From: an uncultured Candidatus Rokubacteria bacterium
GTDB taxonomy: Bacteria; Methylomirabilota; Methylomirabilia; Rokubacteriales; CSP1-6
Reading direction: 5' to 3'
NCBI GenBank assembly: GCA_963771355.1
Contig: CAVYTA010000005.1
Span: forward strand, 384,001-448,000
Length of the DNA: 64,000 nt
The position numbers and the translations under genes are program-made. This document shows positions 1-10,229 of this stretch, piece after piece. Under the pieces are notes generated by a model. That model did no database searches, had not been told where the DNA came from, and saw only the letters and a list, made by a program, of their open reading frames with translations. Within the stretch, counting starts at the first letter, position 1. Each line of letters opens with the position of its first letter.

Positions 1-726
1 GCGCTGGGCGAGGAAGCGGCTGTCGCTGGCGAGGGTGACGAACTGATAGCCGGCCTCGATCATCTTGAGCGAGTAGGCGGACGTGCTGTTGTGGATGCCC
101 GCGATCACTCCATGCTTCTTGCACGCCTCCACGATCTTCTGCTGGGCCTCCACCACCGGCGCATCGGTCTGGTCGAGGCGGGGCTTGCAGCCGAGTGCGA
201 GGGAGAGATCGGAGGGGCCCACGTAGATGGCGTCCACCCCAGGCACGCTGAGGATGTCGTCGAGGTTCTTGAGCGCCTCCGCGGTCTCGATCATGGGCAT
301 GACCACGATGTCGTCGTTGGCATGGTCGCCGTAGTCGGCGCCCGCGTAGATGGAGGCGCGCACGGGACCCCAGGAGCGGTGGCCGCGGGGCGGATACTTG
401 CAGTGGCGCACCAGCGCCTCCGCCTCCTCGCGCGTGTTGATCATGGGGCAGATGACGCCATAGACGCCGGCATCGAGAATCTTCATGAGCCGCGCCGGAT
501 CATTCCACGGGACGCGCGCCATCGGGACCACGTCGGTGGTGGAGATGGCCTGGAGCATGGTCACCGCCACCTGGTAGTCGACGACACCGTGCTGCATGTC
601 CACCACGAGGGAGTCGAAGCCCTGATGGGCCATCACCTCGGCGGAGAACGCGCTGGGAATGGCCAGCCAGCCGTTCACCACCGCCTCGCCGCGCGCCCAG
701 ATCTTCCGGAGGGTATTCTCTCTCAC
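1..726 (-). CDS. HpcH/HpaI aldolase family protein (3' end runs off the window)
   Basis: Not in the ORF track. Hand translation from GTG at 726 gives MRENTLRKIWARGEAVVNGWLAIPSAFSAEVMAHQGFDSLVVDMQHG...MIETAEALKNLDDILSVPGVDAIYVGPSDLS; AAAGGAG RBS upstream. Confidence 0.9.
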   Translation of the reverse strand, partial: MRENTLRKIWARGEAVVNGWLAIPSAFSAEVMAHQGFDSLVVDMQHGVVDYQVAVTMLQAISTTDVVPMARVPWNDPARLMKILDAGVYGVICPMINTREEAEALVRHCKYPPRGHRSWGPVRASIYAGADYGDHANDDIVVMPMIETAEALKNLDDILSVPGVDAIYVGPSDLSLALGCKPRLDQTDAPVVEAQQKIVEACKKHGVIAGIHNSTSAYSLKMIEAGYQFVTLASDSRFLAQR

Positions 727-839
727 TACGGTCTCCTTTGGCCGGGATGACAGGGCCGGGACGGCCGGGACCACGATGACCAGCGCAACCTAGCACGCGC
801 GCCGGGGCTCGGCAACCGGCCCCGACCCGCGGTCGGCGG

Positions 840-2009
840 TCAGCGGGGCCGACGGCGGAAGGCGTCCCGCATGCGATCGAGGCCCTCGGTGAGCAGGGCG
901 CGGGGACAGCCGAAATTCAACCGCGCGAAACCCTGGCCGCCGGGGCCGAAGGTGACCCCGTCGTTGAGCGCCACGCGCGCCTGGTCCAGGAAGAAGGTGT
1001 AGGGATCGTTGCCGGAGATTCCCGCCCCCCGGAAGTCGAGCCAGGCGAGGTACAGGCCTTCGGGCGGATGGACCACGACGCCGGGGAAGTGCTCGCGCAC
1101 GTACGCCACCGTGTAGTCGCGGTTGGCCTCGAGATAGACCATGAGGGCGTCGAGCCAGGGACCGCCGTCGCGATAGGCGGCGTGCGCGGCGGCGAAGCCG
1201 AAGACGTTGGGATTGGCCACCAGGTCCACCTTGGTGGCGAGGAATTTTTCGCGGAGCGCGGCGTCGGTGACCACCGCGATGGCGCACTTGAGGCCGGCGA
1301 GGTTGAACGTCTTGGAGGGCGACATGAGGGTGACGGTGCGGGCCGCCACTTCGGGGCCCAGCGAGGCGATGGGCACGTGCCGCTGCCCCGCGTAGATCAG
1401 ATCACAGTGAATCTCGTCGGCGATGATCGCGACGCCGCGCCGCCCGCAGATCTCCGCCATCCGCGCCAGCTCCTCGCGCGTGTAGACGCGGCCGGTCGGA
1501 TTGTGCGGGTTGCACAGGATGAAGGCGCGGGTGCGACTGTGGATCGCGCGCTCGAACGCCTCCCAGTCCACCTCGTAGCGGCCGTCCGCGCGGCGCGCCA
1601 GCGGTGCCTCGTCGCGGGTGAGGCCCATGTTGCCCGGGCAGCGCAGGATGGGCGGGTAGACCGGCACCTGCTCCAGAAGGCCGTCGCCCGGCGAGGCGAA
1701 GACGCGCGCCGCCATGTTCAGGCCCGCGATCACGCCCGGCAGCAGCACCACCGCCTCGGGGCCGACGCGCCAGCCGTAGCGCTTCTGGAGCCGATCCGCC
1801 ACCACCTCGAAGAACTCCGGCTCCTCGTACACATAGCCGTACACGCCGTGCTCGGCGCGCTCGCGCAGCGCGCGAACGACCGGCTCGGGGGAGGCGAAGT
1901 CCATGTCCGCGACCCAGAGCGGCAGGACGTCCTTGTCGAACTTGCGCCACTTGTTGCTCGCGGTGGGACGCCGGTCGATGAGGCGATCGAAGTCGAACGT
2001 CGGGGCCAT
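840..2009 (-). CDS. MalY/PatB family PLP-dependent C-S lyase/aminotransferase
   Basis: LWVADMDF, LCNPHNPTGR, ADEIHCD and SPSKTFNLAG motifs; GGAGGA RBS and TATAAT (2026-2031, minus strand) upstream of ATG 2009. Confidence 0.92.
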   Translation of the reverse strand: MAPTFDFDRLIDRRPTASNKWRKFDKDVLPLWVADMDFASPEPVVRALRERAEHGVYGYVYEEPEFFEVVADRLQKRYGWRVGPEAVVLLPGVIAGLNMAARVFASPGDGLLEQVPVYPPILRCPGNMGLTRDEAPLARRADGRYEVDWEAFERAIHSRTRAFILCNPHNPTGRVYTREELARMAEICGRRGVAIIADEIHCDLIYAGQRHVPIASLGPEVAARTVTLMSPSKTFNLAGLKCAIAVVTDAALREKFLATKVDLVANPNVFGFAAAHAAYRDGGPWLDALMVYLEANRDYTVAYVREHFPGVVVHPPEGLYLAWLDFRGAGISGNDPYTFFLDQARVALNDGVTFGPGGQGFARLNFGCPRALLTEGLDRMRDAFRRRPR

Positions 2010-2082
2010 GGAAGTCCTCCGGCCGATTATACTGGGCTCGAAGCCGCGATTTGTCCATCCCACCACTCGAGGAGGCGCGCGC

Positions 2083-2496
2083 ATGCCGTATCGGATCAAC
2101 CACATCCACCTGAAGTCTCCCGACCCGCTCAAGACCGCGCAGTGGTACGTCACGGCTTTTGGCTTCACGATCAACTCGGATGAGGTGCGAGTATTCGGCG
2201 ACCGATTCATCCGGTGCTCCAGCGCGGAAGGCGGCGTCAACGTGAACATCTCCGGCGCCCGCAGCGGCGAGACGCTGGGCCCCGGCGACGCCTCCGCGCA
2301 TCACGGGCTCGAGCACTTCGGCCTGGACTCCACCGACATCGAGGCCGATATCAAGCGGCTGGTGGGGCTGGGCGCTCAGACGCTCGAGGGGCCGATCAAT
2401 ATGGCGAACGGCGGGCGCATCGCCTTTCTTCGCGGTCCCGACGATACGCGGCTCGAGCTGGTCCAGGCTCCCCGCAAAGGCAAGGACCCCTGTTGA
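2083..2496 (+). CDS. VOC (glyoxalase-like) family protein
   Basis: INHIHL...GLEHFGL...IAFLRGPDDTRLELVQ; GAGGAGG RBS. Confidence 0.85.
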   Translation: MPYRINHIHLKSPDPLKTAQWYVTAFGFTINSDEVRVFGDRFIRCSSAEGGVNVNISGARSGETLGPGDASAHHGLEHFGLDSTDIEADIKRLVGLGAQTLEGPINMANGGRIAFLRGPDDTRLELVQAPRKGKDPC

Positions 2497-2540
2497 GAGC
2501 GTGAGTGACGACCGACGAAGACCGGCGCCTGCGCTCGAGC

Positions 2541-3344
2541 TCAGGCCGCGCGGCCCTTCACCGCCCAGGCGCGCGCGATCAGCGCGAGGCTACCGTCGGG
2601 ACGGATGGGAAGGGCCGCACGGAGCCGCTCCCGTAGCGTCGCCCGGTGCTCCTCGCTGAGCGACATGCAGTACGCGGGTGCCGGGCCCTGACCCCCGAGA
2701 AACGGCGTCCAGTAGTCGTCGAAATCCGGAAACGTGGTGGCGACGTCCACGGACCGCGTCGTGACCTCGTCGAGCCCCGCCGCGCGAGCCAGCTCGGCGA
2801 GCGGCCCCGGCCGGCACAGGGGAAAGCGCAGACCTTCGGCGAGGTCCCGCGCCGCGGGGTCCAGCTCCGCCGCCACGTCCCAGAAGTAGCGCATGAGCTG
2901 CATCTCCCCCGCGTAGTCCCACACGTACACCGCCACCACGCCGCCGGGCTTTACCACCCGGCGCATCGCGCCCATCATCCGGGCGGGCTCCGGAACGAAA
3001 TTGAGCACGAGACCGGACACGGCGGCGTCGAAGGCGGCGTTCTCGAAGGGGAGCGCCTGCGCGTCGCCCACCTGGAACGACGCACGCGGGTCGGAGGCAA
3101 GGCTCCGGGCGTGATCGACGAACCCCGCGGATGCGTCGATGCCGACGATGGTCGAAGGGGCGCTGTGCTCGAGGATGGTCCGGCTCAGCGCGCCCGTGCC
3201 ACAGCCCACGTCGAGCCAGCGCCGGCCCGCGGGCACGGCGAGCCAGCCGAGGAAGTCGCGCGCGACGAGCCGGCTCCAGCGGCCGATATAGCGCTCGTAC
3301 GCGCTCCCGATTGCCCATACGCCGCCGGGGTTCCCGGTGGTCAT
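2541..3344 (-). CDS. class I SAM-dependent methyltransferase
   Basis: WLDVGCGTG, GDAQALPF, VKPGGVV motifs. Confidence 0.9.
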   Translation of the reverse strand: MTTGNPGGVWAIGSAYERYIGRWSRLVARDFLGWLAVPAGRRWLDVGCGTGALSRTILEHSAPSTIVGIDASAGFVDHARSLASDPRASFQVGDAQALPFENAAFDAAVSGLVLNFVPEPARMMGAMRRVVKPGGVVAVYVWDYAGEMQLMRYFWDVAAELDPAARDLAEGLRFPLCRPGPLAELARAAGLDEVTTRSVDVATTFPDFDDYWTPFLGGQGPAPAYCMSLSEEHRATLRERLRAALPIRPDGSLALIARAWAVKGRAA

Positions 3345-4648
3345 GCGCGATCCGGGCCGGCGAGGGCTTCCACCAATGGCGGTGCTTCGGCGCCGGGGAG
3401 CTCCACGCCCAGCAGCCGCGCGGCGGTAGGCCCCAGCGAGAGCATGGACACGTCCCCCACCGTCGCCCCCGCGCGCACGCCCGGCCCCGCCAGCACGAGC
3501 GCGGCGCCCAGCCGCGGCAGATCGGGCATGTGCCCGTGCCCCGCCACATACGCGGGCGCCGCGGCGGCGGCCTCCAGCGTCGCGTGGCCGGTGAAGAAGG
3601 TGCCGTCCTCCGCCGCGACCATCAGGTCACCCTGCGTCGAGCCGGGGCCGGGCAGGGGCAGCCCCAGCTCGGCGAAGCGCTCGCGGCCGATCACGTCGAC
3701 GCCCGGGAGCGCGGCGAAGCGCTCGCGCAGCCGAGCCACGGTGGTGCGCGGCGCGCCGTCCAGCGCGTAGACATGCGCCGAGCCGCCATTGCCGGCGGCC
3801 CAGGCGAGGCGACGGGTGACGGCCCCGCGCGCGTCCAGCTCCAGCAGCCGCTCCTCGAGGAGGATCTGATTGAGGTGATGCGTGCGCTGGATGTCGGCGA
3901 ACCCATGATCGCCGAACACCATGAGGGCGGTGGTCTCCGCGCGGCCCAGCTCCGTGAGCGTGTCGAGGAGGCGCCCCACCAGGGCGTCCATCTGGAGCAG
4001 CGCCCAGCGGGCCTCGGGGCTGTCGGTGCCGAAGTCGTGCTGGTACGAGTCGAGCGTGAGGAAATGGAGCAGCAGCAGGCGCGGCGGGCGGACGGCGAGC
4101 ACGTGCCGTGCGGCCTCGAGCGTGAGCCAGTCCTGCATCGGTCCCAGCGGATGCGCGGCGCTCCACGGCCCGTAGCGGCTCACCGGCAGCCCCCGCGACG
4201 CCAGCTCGGTCCACAGCGGGCGCGAGGCATAGCGCTCGAACAGCTCCTGCTCGTAGAACTCCGGAATATTGTCCGGGATCGTCGCGACCCCGCGCGTCTT
4301 GGGCCAGCAGAGGCTGGCCGTCCGCTCACCGCGCGCGTGGAGGCGATCCCACAGGGTCTCCGCCTCGATGCCGCGCTCGGTACGGTCCCCGTAGTGCTCC
4401 ACCACCGTCCCGGTGTCGCGGTCGAACGTCACGTTGCCGACCACGCCGTGCCGCGCGGGCGACACGCCGGTGACGATGGACGTGTGACAGGGCCAGGTCA
4501 CCGTCGGGAAGATGCAGGTGAGGCGCCGCGCCCGAACGCCGCGGGCGGCGAGGCCGCGTAGCGCGGGCAGGTGGAGGCGCGGATCGTCCACGTAGCCGGC
4601 GGCGAGGCCGTCGATGCTGAGCATGATGAGGAGATCGGGCCGCGCCAT
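3341..4648 (-). CDS. nucleotide pyrophosphatase/phosphodiesterase (alkaline phosphatase superfamily), no signal peptide
   Basis: LSIDGL, FPTVTWPCHTSIVTG (catalytic Thr), LDSYQH, GDHGF, GHGH motifs; start inferred at MARPDLL. Confidence 0.88.
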   Translation of the reverse strand: MARPDLLIMLSIDGLAAGYVDDPRLHLPALRGLAARGVRARRLTCIFPTVTWPCHTSIVTGVSPARHGVVGNVTFDRDTGTVVEHYGDRTERGIEAETLWDRLHARGERTASLCWPKTRGVATIPDNIPEFYEQELFERYASRPLWTELASRGLPVSRYGPWSAAHPLGPMQDWLTLEAARHVLAVRPPRLLLLHFLTLDSYQHDFGTDSPEARWALLQMDALVGRLLDTLTELGRAETTALMVFGDHGFADIQRTHHLNQILLEERLLELDARGAVTRRLAWAAGNGGSAHVYALDGAPRTTVARLRERFAALPGVDVIGRERFAELGLPLPGPGSTQGDLMVAAEDGTFFTGHATLEAAAAAPAYVAGHGHMPDLPRLGAALVLAGPGVRAGATVGDVSMLSLGPTAARLLGVELPGAEAPPLVEALAGPDRA

Positions 4649-4723
4649 CGTCACGATCCTGGTGTGTAGCACGCGCGAACCGTAACGCGCAAGCAATGGG
4701 GGCGCGCTATAATCGCCGCCGCC

Positions 4724-6184
4724 ATGACGGCCCGTGTTCTGCTCGGGGTGGACGTCGGCACCACGTCCGCCAAGGGCGCCGCCTTCGACCTCGACGGACG
4801 CCTGCTCGCGCAGGAGACCATCGCCTACGCGCATCGTGTCCCCGCGGCGGGTTGGGCGGAGGCCGATGCGGACTCCTGGTGGGACGCGGTGCGCCGCATC
4901 CTTGGTGGCCTCGCTGCCGCCGCCGGGGGGCGCGTGGAGGCCGTCGGCGTCACCGGGCAGGCCCCCACGCTGCTGGCGGTGGACGCGGACGGCCGCCCGC
5001 TCGCTCCCGCCATCCTCTGGCTGGACGTCCGCGCCGAGGCGGAAGCGACGGCGCTCGCCGACGCGATGGGCCCACGCGCCGAGGCCATCGGAGGCAATCG
5101 ACTGCACGCGTACTATCTCGGACCCAAGGCCGTCTGGCTCCGGCGGCACGCCCCCGAGGTCTGGGCGCGGACCGCCACCTTCTTGCAATCACACAGCTTT
5201 CCGGTGCTGCGGCTCACCGGCGAGCGCGTCACCGATCCCTCCTCGGCCGCGCTCTGCGCGCCGCTCTACGACGCGCGGGCCCGCGCCTGGTCGGCCGAGG
5301 GCGCGGCGGCGACGGGCGTGGAGGTGGCGCGGCTGCCCGCGCTGCGCCCCGCCCGGGCGGTGGCGGGAGCGGTCACCGCGGCGGCGGCCCGCGACACGGG
5401 GCTCGCGCCCGGTACGCCGGTGGTGGTGGGCGGCGCGGACTTCGCCGCCTCCACGCTGGCCGCCGGCGTCACCGAGCCCGGCGAGGCCTGTCTCATGCTC
5501 GGCACCTCCGGCAATCTCATCGTGCCGCAGGCGCGTCCCGACTTCGACACGCGCCTCATCAACGCGCATCACGTGGGCTGCGACCGCTATCTCGCGCTGG
5601 GCGCCACGCTGTGCGGCGCGGTGCTGGAGTGGTTCCGCAGCGTCTTCGCGCGAGGCGTGCCCTTCGACACGCTGGATGCGGAGGCCCGGGCGGTGCCGGC
5701 GGGGGCGGAGGGCCTGCGGCTCCTGCCCTATCTCCAGGGCGAGCGCACCCCGCTCTGGGATGCGAGCGCGCGCGGCGCCTTCGTGGGGCTGTCCCTCGCC
5801 CACGGCCGCGGTCATCTCTATCGAGCCGTCCTGGAGGGCATCGCGCTGTCCCTGCGGCATAGCCTGGAGGTACTGCGCGAGCACGGCGCCACGCTCGACG
5901 AGGTGGTGGCGGTCAACGGTGGCGCCCGGAGCGCGCTGTGGCGGCAGATCCTCTGCGACGCGCTCGGTGCGCCGCTGGCCTATCTTCCTGACGGCGAGGG
6001 TGCTCCGGCGGGGGCCGCGCTGCTCGCCGGACTCGGCGCGGGCGCGCTCGCCGGCGTGGCGGCGGCCAAGGCCTGGCGCGGGCGACTGGTGCGCCACACG
6101 CCCGACCCCGAGCGCGGCGCGATGTACACCGCCATGCTCGCGGAGCGGCTGACCCTCTATCCCGCGCTCCGGCGCGTCGCCTGA
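4724..6184 (+). CDS. FGGY-family carbohydrate kinase (xylulokinase-like)
   Basis: GVDVGTTSAK, AILWLDVR, LGTSG, LPYLQGERTP, GGARSALWRQI motifs; TATAAT at 4708-4713. Confidence 0.9.
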   Translation: MTARVLLGVDVGTTSAKGAAFDLDGRLLAQETIAYAHRVPAAGWAEADADSWWDAVRRILGGLAAAAGGRVEAVGVTGQAPTLLAVDADGRPLAPAILWLDVRAEAEATALADAMGPRAEAIGGNRLHAYYLGPKAVWLRRHAPEVWARTATFLQSHSFPVLRLTGERVTDPSSAALCAPLYDARARAWSAEGAAATGVEVARLPALRPARAVAGAVTAAAARDTGLAPGTPVVVGGADFAASTLAAGVTEPGEACLMLGTSGNLIVPQARPDFDTRLINAHHVGCDRYLALGATLCGAVLEWFRSVFARGVPFDTLDAEARAVPAGAEGLRLLPYLQGERTPLWDASARGAFVGLSLAHGRGHLYRAVLEGIALSLRHSLEVLREHGATLDEVVAVNGGARSALWRQILCDALGAPLAYLPDGEGAPAGAALLAGLGAGALAGVAAAKAWRGRLVRHTPDPERGAMYTAMLAERLTLYPALRRVA

Positions 6185-7242
6185 TGGCTCACATCGCCAT
6201 CCTCGGCGCCGGCTACATGGGGAGCGCCCTCACCGTGCCCGCCACCGACAACGGGCACTCGGTGGCGCTCTGGGGCACCGCGCTCGACGGCCGCCTGGTG
6301 GCGGCGGTGCGCGCGGGACGCCCGCACCCCCGGCTGGGCCTGCGCTTGTCGCGCGCGGTGGCGCCCTTTCCCGCGGACGAGCTGGGCGCGGCGCTGGCCG
6401 GCGCCGACCTCGTGGTGAACGCGGTGACCTCGGACGCGGCGGTGTCCGTGCTGCGGCAGGCGGCGCGCCACCTTCCCCCCGGCGTGCCGCTGCTCTCCGT
6501 GTCCAAGGGGCTCACGCGCAGCCGCGGGCGCATCGTGACCCTGTCCACCGCGGTGGCGGAGGCGACAGGCCTTCGCATCGTGACGGTGGGCGGCCCCTCG
6601 AAGGCGATGGAGCTCGCGCGCCGCGTGCCCACCGCCGTGGTGTACGCCTCGCCGGACGCGCGCGCGCGCGGCCGGTGGCGCCGCGCGCTGGCCACGCCCT
6701 ACTACGCCATCACCGAGACGGCGGATCAGCGGGGGCTCGAGCTGTGCTCCGCGCTGAAGAATGCCTATGCCATCGCGGTCGGGCTCTGCGACGGTCTCGT
6801 CGAGGCGGGCCGGGCGGAGGCGATGTACAACACCAAGTCGCTCATCTACACCCAGGCGGTGGCGGAGATCGCGCGGCTCGGTCGTCGGGTGCGGGCACGA
6901 CCGGAGACCGTGTACGGGCTGGGGGGCGTGGGGGATCTCCACGTCACCGCGGTGGCCGGGCGCAACCGCATCTTCGGCGAGCTGCGCGGCGCCGGGCTCG
7001 CCACGCGCACCGTGGTGCGGCGCCTCGCGCGCCGGGACCAGCTCACCGAGGGCTACGCCGCCATCCGCTGGTGCTGGCGCTTCGCCGCCGGGCGCGGGGT
7101 GGAGGTCCCGCTGCTGCGCGCGCTTCATCGCATCGTCTACGGCGGACGCGACGTCGAGCGCGAGCTGCGCGCCGCCTGCTGGAGCATCACACCGAAGTCC
7201 AACGTCAAGCCCGATGCCCAAGCTCAAGGAGGTCGCCGATGA
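6184..7242 (+). CDS. NAD(P)H-dependent glycerol-3-phosphate dehydrogenase-like protein (GpsA family, divergent)
   Basis: ILGAGYMGSA, SVSKG, GGPS, LKNAYAIAVG, GVGDLHVT...GRN, TEGY motifs; TGATG coupling to the kinase gene. Confidence 0.82.
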   Translation: MAHIAILGAGYMGSALTVPATDNGHSVALWGTALDGRLVAAVRAGRPHPRLGLRLSRAVAPFPADELGAALAGADLVVNAVTSDAAVSVLRQAARHLPPGVPLLSVSKGLTRSRGRIVTLSTAVAEATGLRIVTVGGPSKAMELARRVPTAVVYASPDARARGRWRRALATPYYAITETADQRGLELCSALKNAYAIAVGLCDGLVEAGRAEAMYNTKSLIYTQAVAEIARLGRRVRARPETVYGLGGVGDLHVTAVAGRNRIFGELRGAGLATRTVVRRLARRDQLTEGYAAIRWCWRFAAGRGVEVPLLRALHRIVYGGRDVERELRAACWSITPKSNVKPDAQAQGGRR

Positions 7243-8519
7243 GACGGACCCTGGCCGTGCTGCTGGCCGCCGGGCTCCTCGCGGGGGCGCAACCCGCCGC
7301 CGCGCAGGGCCCCCTCACCACCCAGTTCTGGTACTCCTTCGGGGGCAAGAACCGGGAAGTGACCGAGGCGCACATCAAGAAGTTCAACGAATCGCAGACG
7401 AAGTACCGGATCGAGGGCACGTTCCAGGGCGACTACTTCCAGGCCCTGGCCAAGATCCGCGCCGCCGCCGCTACCAAGACCGCGCCCGCCGTCTTCCACG
7501 TGGTGGGCGAGGCGATGCCGCAGCTGTGGCAGGCCGGCCTCTTCGAGCCGCTGGATGCCTACGCGGCGGGGCCCAACGGGACCAACCTGGCCGACTATCT
7601 TCCCGGCCAGACCCAGCACACCTACTTCGACTATCTGGGCAAGCCGCAGCCGCCGACCTTCGCGCTGCCGTTCTTCCGCAGCACCCCCATCCTCTACTAC
7701 AACGCGGACATGCTGGCGGCCAAGGGCATCAAGGTGCCCGGCACCTGGGATGAGTTCCGCGCCGCCGCCGACAAGCTCACCGTGCGCGAGGGCGCCGAGG
7801 TCAAGGTGTATGGCTTCGAGGTGCCGGTCGACTGGTGGTTCTGGTACGCGCTGCTCCACGAGGCCGGCGGCAGCCTCTTGAGCCCCGACGGCAAGAAGGC
7901 GGCGTTCCGCGAGAAGGGGACGGAGGCGCTGCAGTTCTGGGTGGACCTCGTCAACAAGGACAAGACCATGAAGCGGCCGCCCGGCAAGGACTACAGCGCC
8001 TGGGAGGTGACCAATACCGACTTCCTCAACGGCAAGGTGGCGATGATCTTCACCTCCACCGCCTTCCTCAACTACATCACCGAGAACGCGAAGTTCAAGG
8101 TGGGCACGGCATTCCTGCCCGGCAAGGCGAGGCAGGCGGTGCCCACCGGCGGCACCTTCTTCGTGATCGCCAAGGACGCGCCTCCCGCCGAGAAGGAGGC
8201 GGGCTGGGCCTTCATCAAGTGGATGACGGAGCCCGCGCAGACCATCTCGCTCTCCAAGGCCACCGGCTACATGCCCATCCGCACCTCCGCGGTCGCCTCG
8301 GCGGAGATGCAGGACTTCTACCGGCAGAATCCCAACTACAAGACCGCCATCGACCAGCTGCGCACCGCGCAGCGCTTCCCCTTCTCACCCGCGCTCTTCG
8401 AGATCCAGCGGGAGGTCATCCAGCCCAACCTCGAGGCCGCCGTGCTCGGCATCAAGACGTCCGCCGAGGTCATGCAGGCCGCGGAGGCCAAGGCCAACGA
8501 GATCCTCGGCAAGTACTAG
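7239..8519 (+). CDS. ABC transporter substrate-binding protein (UgpB-like, CUT1 family)
   Basis: Signal peptide MRRTLAVLLAAG..., LPFFRSTPILYYN, TGYMPIR; AAGGAGG RBS. Confidence 0.9.
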   Translation: MRRTLAVLLAAGLLAGAQPAAAQGPLTTQFWYSFGGKNREVTEAHIKKFNESQTKYRIEGTFQGDYFQALAKIRAAAATKTAPAVFHVVGEAMPQLWQAGLFEPLDAYAAGPNGTNLADYLPGQTQHTYFDYLGKPQPPTFALPFFRSTPILYYNADMLAAKGIKVPGTWDEFRAAADKLTVREGAEVKVYGFEVPVDWWFWYALLHEAGGSLLSPDGKKAAFREKGTEALQFWVDLVNKDKTMKRPPGKDYSAWEVTNTDFLNGKVAMIFTSTAFLNYITENAKFKVGTAFLPGKARQAVPTGGTFFVIAKDAPPAEKEAGWAFIKWMTEPAQTISLSKATGYMPIRTSAVASAEMQDFYRQNPNYKTAIDQLRTAQRFPFSPALFEIQREVIQPNLEAAVLGIKTSAEVMQAAEAKANEILGKY

Positions 8520-8542
8520 CGGGCGCCGCGGGCGGCGGGGGC

Positions 8543-9402
8543 GTGAGGCCCGGCTCGGCTGGGCCCTCGCGGCCCCGTCGCTCGCCCTGTTCGCCCTCGT
8601 CTATCTCTACCCCGTCGCCTATTCGGCGTGGGTGAGCTTCTACGAATGGGACCTCGCCGGCCCCGCCCGCTGGGTGGGGACGGCGAACTACCGCGCGCTC
8701 GCCACTCCCGAGTTCCTCGAGGTGGTGACCAATACCGCCAAGTACTCGGGTGGGGTGGTCGTGCTCTCCCAGGCGCTCGGGCTCCTCCTCGCCATCTTCC
8801 TCAACGATCGCACCCGGCTGGGCGCGCTCTTCCGCGCCTCGATCTTCTCCTCCTATGTCGTCTCCTGGGTGGCGGTGTCGCTGCTCTGGATCTGGCTCCT
8901 CGACCCGCAATACGGCCTGGTGGCCTGGCTGCTCGGGCTGGTGCGGCTCCCCGCGGTCAACTGGCTGGGCGACCATCGCATCGCGCTCTGGAGCCTCGTG
9001 CTGGTGACGGTGTGGAAGACGGTCGGCTACCCGATGGTGATCTACCTGGCCGGGCTCCAGGCCATTCCCGGCGATCTGTACGAGGCGGCCGCCCTGGACG
9101 GCGCCGGGGGCTGGCAGCGCTTCCGCCACATCACCTGGCCGCTGCTGACCCCCACCACGCTCTTTCTCCTGGTCACGCTCACCATCGCGAGCTTCCAGGG
9201 CTTCGACATCGTGAAGATCATGACCCAGGGCGGGCCGGTGACCTCGACCATGATCTACGTGTACTGGATCTACGAGCAGGCCTTCCAGTACTTCAAGCTC
9301 GGCAAGGCCTCCGCGGGGGTGGTGGTGTTCTTCGTGCTGATCGTCCTGCTCACGCTCGTCCAGTGGCTCCTCTTCCGGCGGCGGGTGCACTACACGACAT
9401 GA
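8543..9402 (+). CDS. carbohydrate ABC permease (UgpA-like); 5' end has an apparent 1-nt frameshift
   Basis: LYEAAALDGAGGWQRF EAA loop. The first TM helix (RLGWALAAPSLALFALVYLYP) is in frame upstream of GTG 8632 but has no in-frame canonical start; GTG 8543 is one base off frame. Confidence 0.85.
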
Positions 9403-10229
9403 GGCGCCGCTCCCATCCGCTCCTGCGGGCCCTCACCGTGGGCGTGCTCGCCCTGGTGGCGCTGGTGGAGGTGTTTCCCTATCTCTGGATGGTGTCCACC
9501 TCGCTCAAGGACCTCGCGGAGGTGACGCGGTTCCCGCCCACCTTCTGGCCGAGCCCCGCCCGCTGGGACAACTACGCCAAGGCCTGGGCCTCCGGCCCGT
9601 TCCTGCGCTACGCCCTGAACAACGCGGTGCAGACGGTGGCCATCCTCGTGCTCCAGCTCTTCTTCGGCTGCCTGGCCGGCTTCGCCTTCAGCAAGCTCCG
9701 CTTCCGCGGGCGCGACGCCTGCTTCCTGATCGTCATCGCCTGCCTCATCGTGCCGCCCCAGGTGCGCTTCGTGCCGCTGTACATGCTGTTCAGCAAGGTG
9801 GGCCTGCTCAACACCTACGCCTCCCTGGTGCTGCCCTACGCGGTGTCCGCCCTGGGCACCTTCCTCATCCGCGAGGCCTTCATGCAGATCAGCGACGACA
9901 TCGTGGACGCCGCCCGCGTGGACGGCGCCGGCACCTTCACCCTCATCTTTCGCATCCTCGCTCCCATCGCGCGGCCGACCCTGGTGGCCTTCTCGCTCTT
10001 CAGCGTGGTGTATCACTGGAACGACTTCTTCTGGCCGCTGGTGATGACGACCACGGACGCGGTGCGCACCCTGCCCATCGGGGTGGCCATGCTGCGCGAG
10101 GAAGGCACCGGCGCGCGCTGGCACATCATCATGGCGGGCAGCATGTTCGTGGTGGCGCCGGTGCTGGTGGTGTTCGTGGCGGCGCAGCGGCACATCATCC
10201 GCGCCTTCACCTTCACGACCCTGAAATGA
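9399..10229 (+). CDS. carbohydrate ABC permease (UgpE-like)
   Basis: DAARVDGAG EAA loop, HWNDFFWPL; ATGA overlap with the upstream gene. Confidence 0.9.
   Translation: MRRRSHPLLRALTVGVLALVALVEVFPYLWMVSTSLKDLAEVTRFPPTFWPSPARWDNYAKAWASGPFLRYALNNAVQTVAILVLQLFFGCLAGFAFSKLRFRGRDACFLIVIACLIVPPQVRFVPLYMLFSKVGLLNTYASLVLPYAVSALGTFLIREAFMQISDDIVDAARVDGAGTFTLIFRILAPIARPTLVAFSLFSVVYHWNDFFWPLVMTTTDAVRTLPIGVAMLREEGTGARWHIIMAGSMFVVAPVLVVFVAAQRHIIRAFTFTTLK

Noticed and set aside
2491..2508. Possible Cys-Sec (TGT TGA) at the end of the VOC gene
   Set aside because: The domain is already complete, no convincing SECIS follows, and readthrough would add only a few residues.
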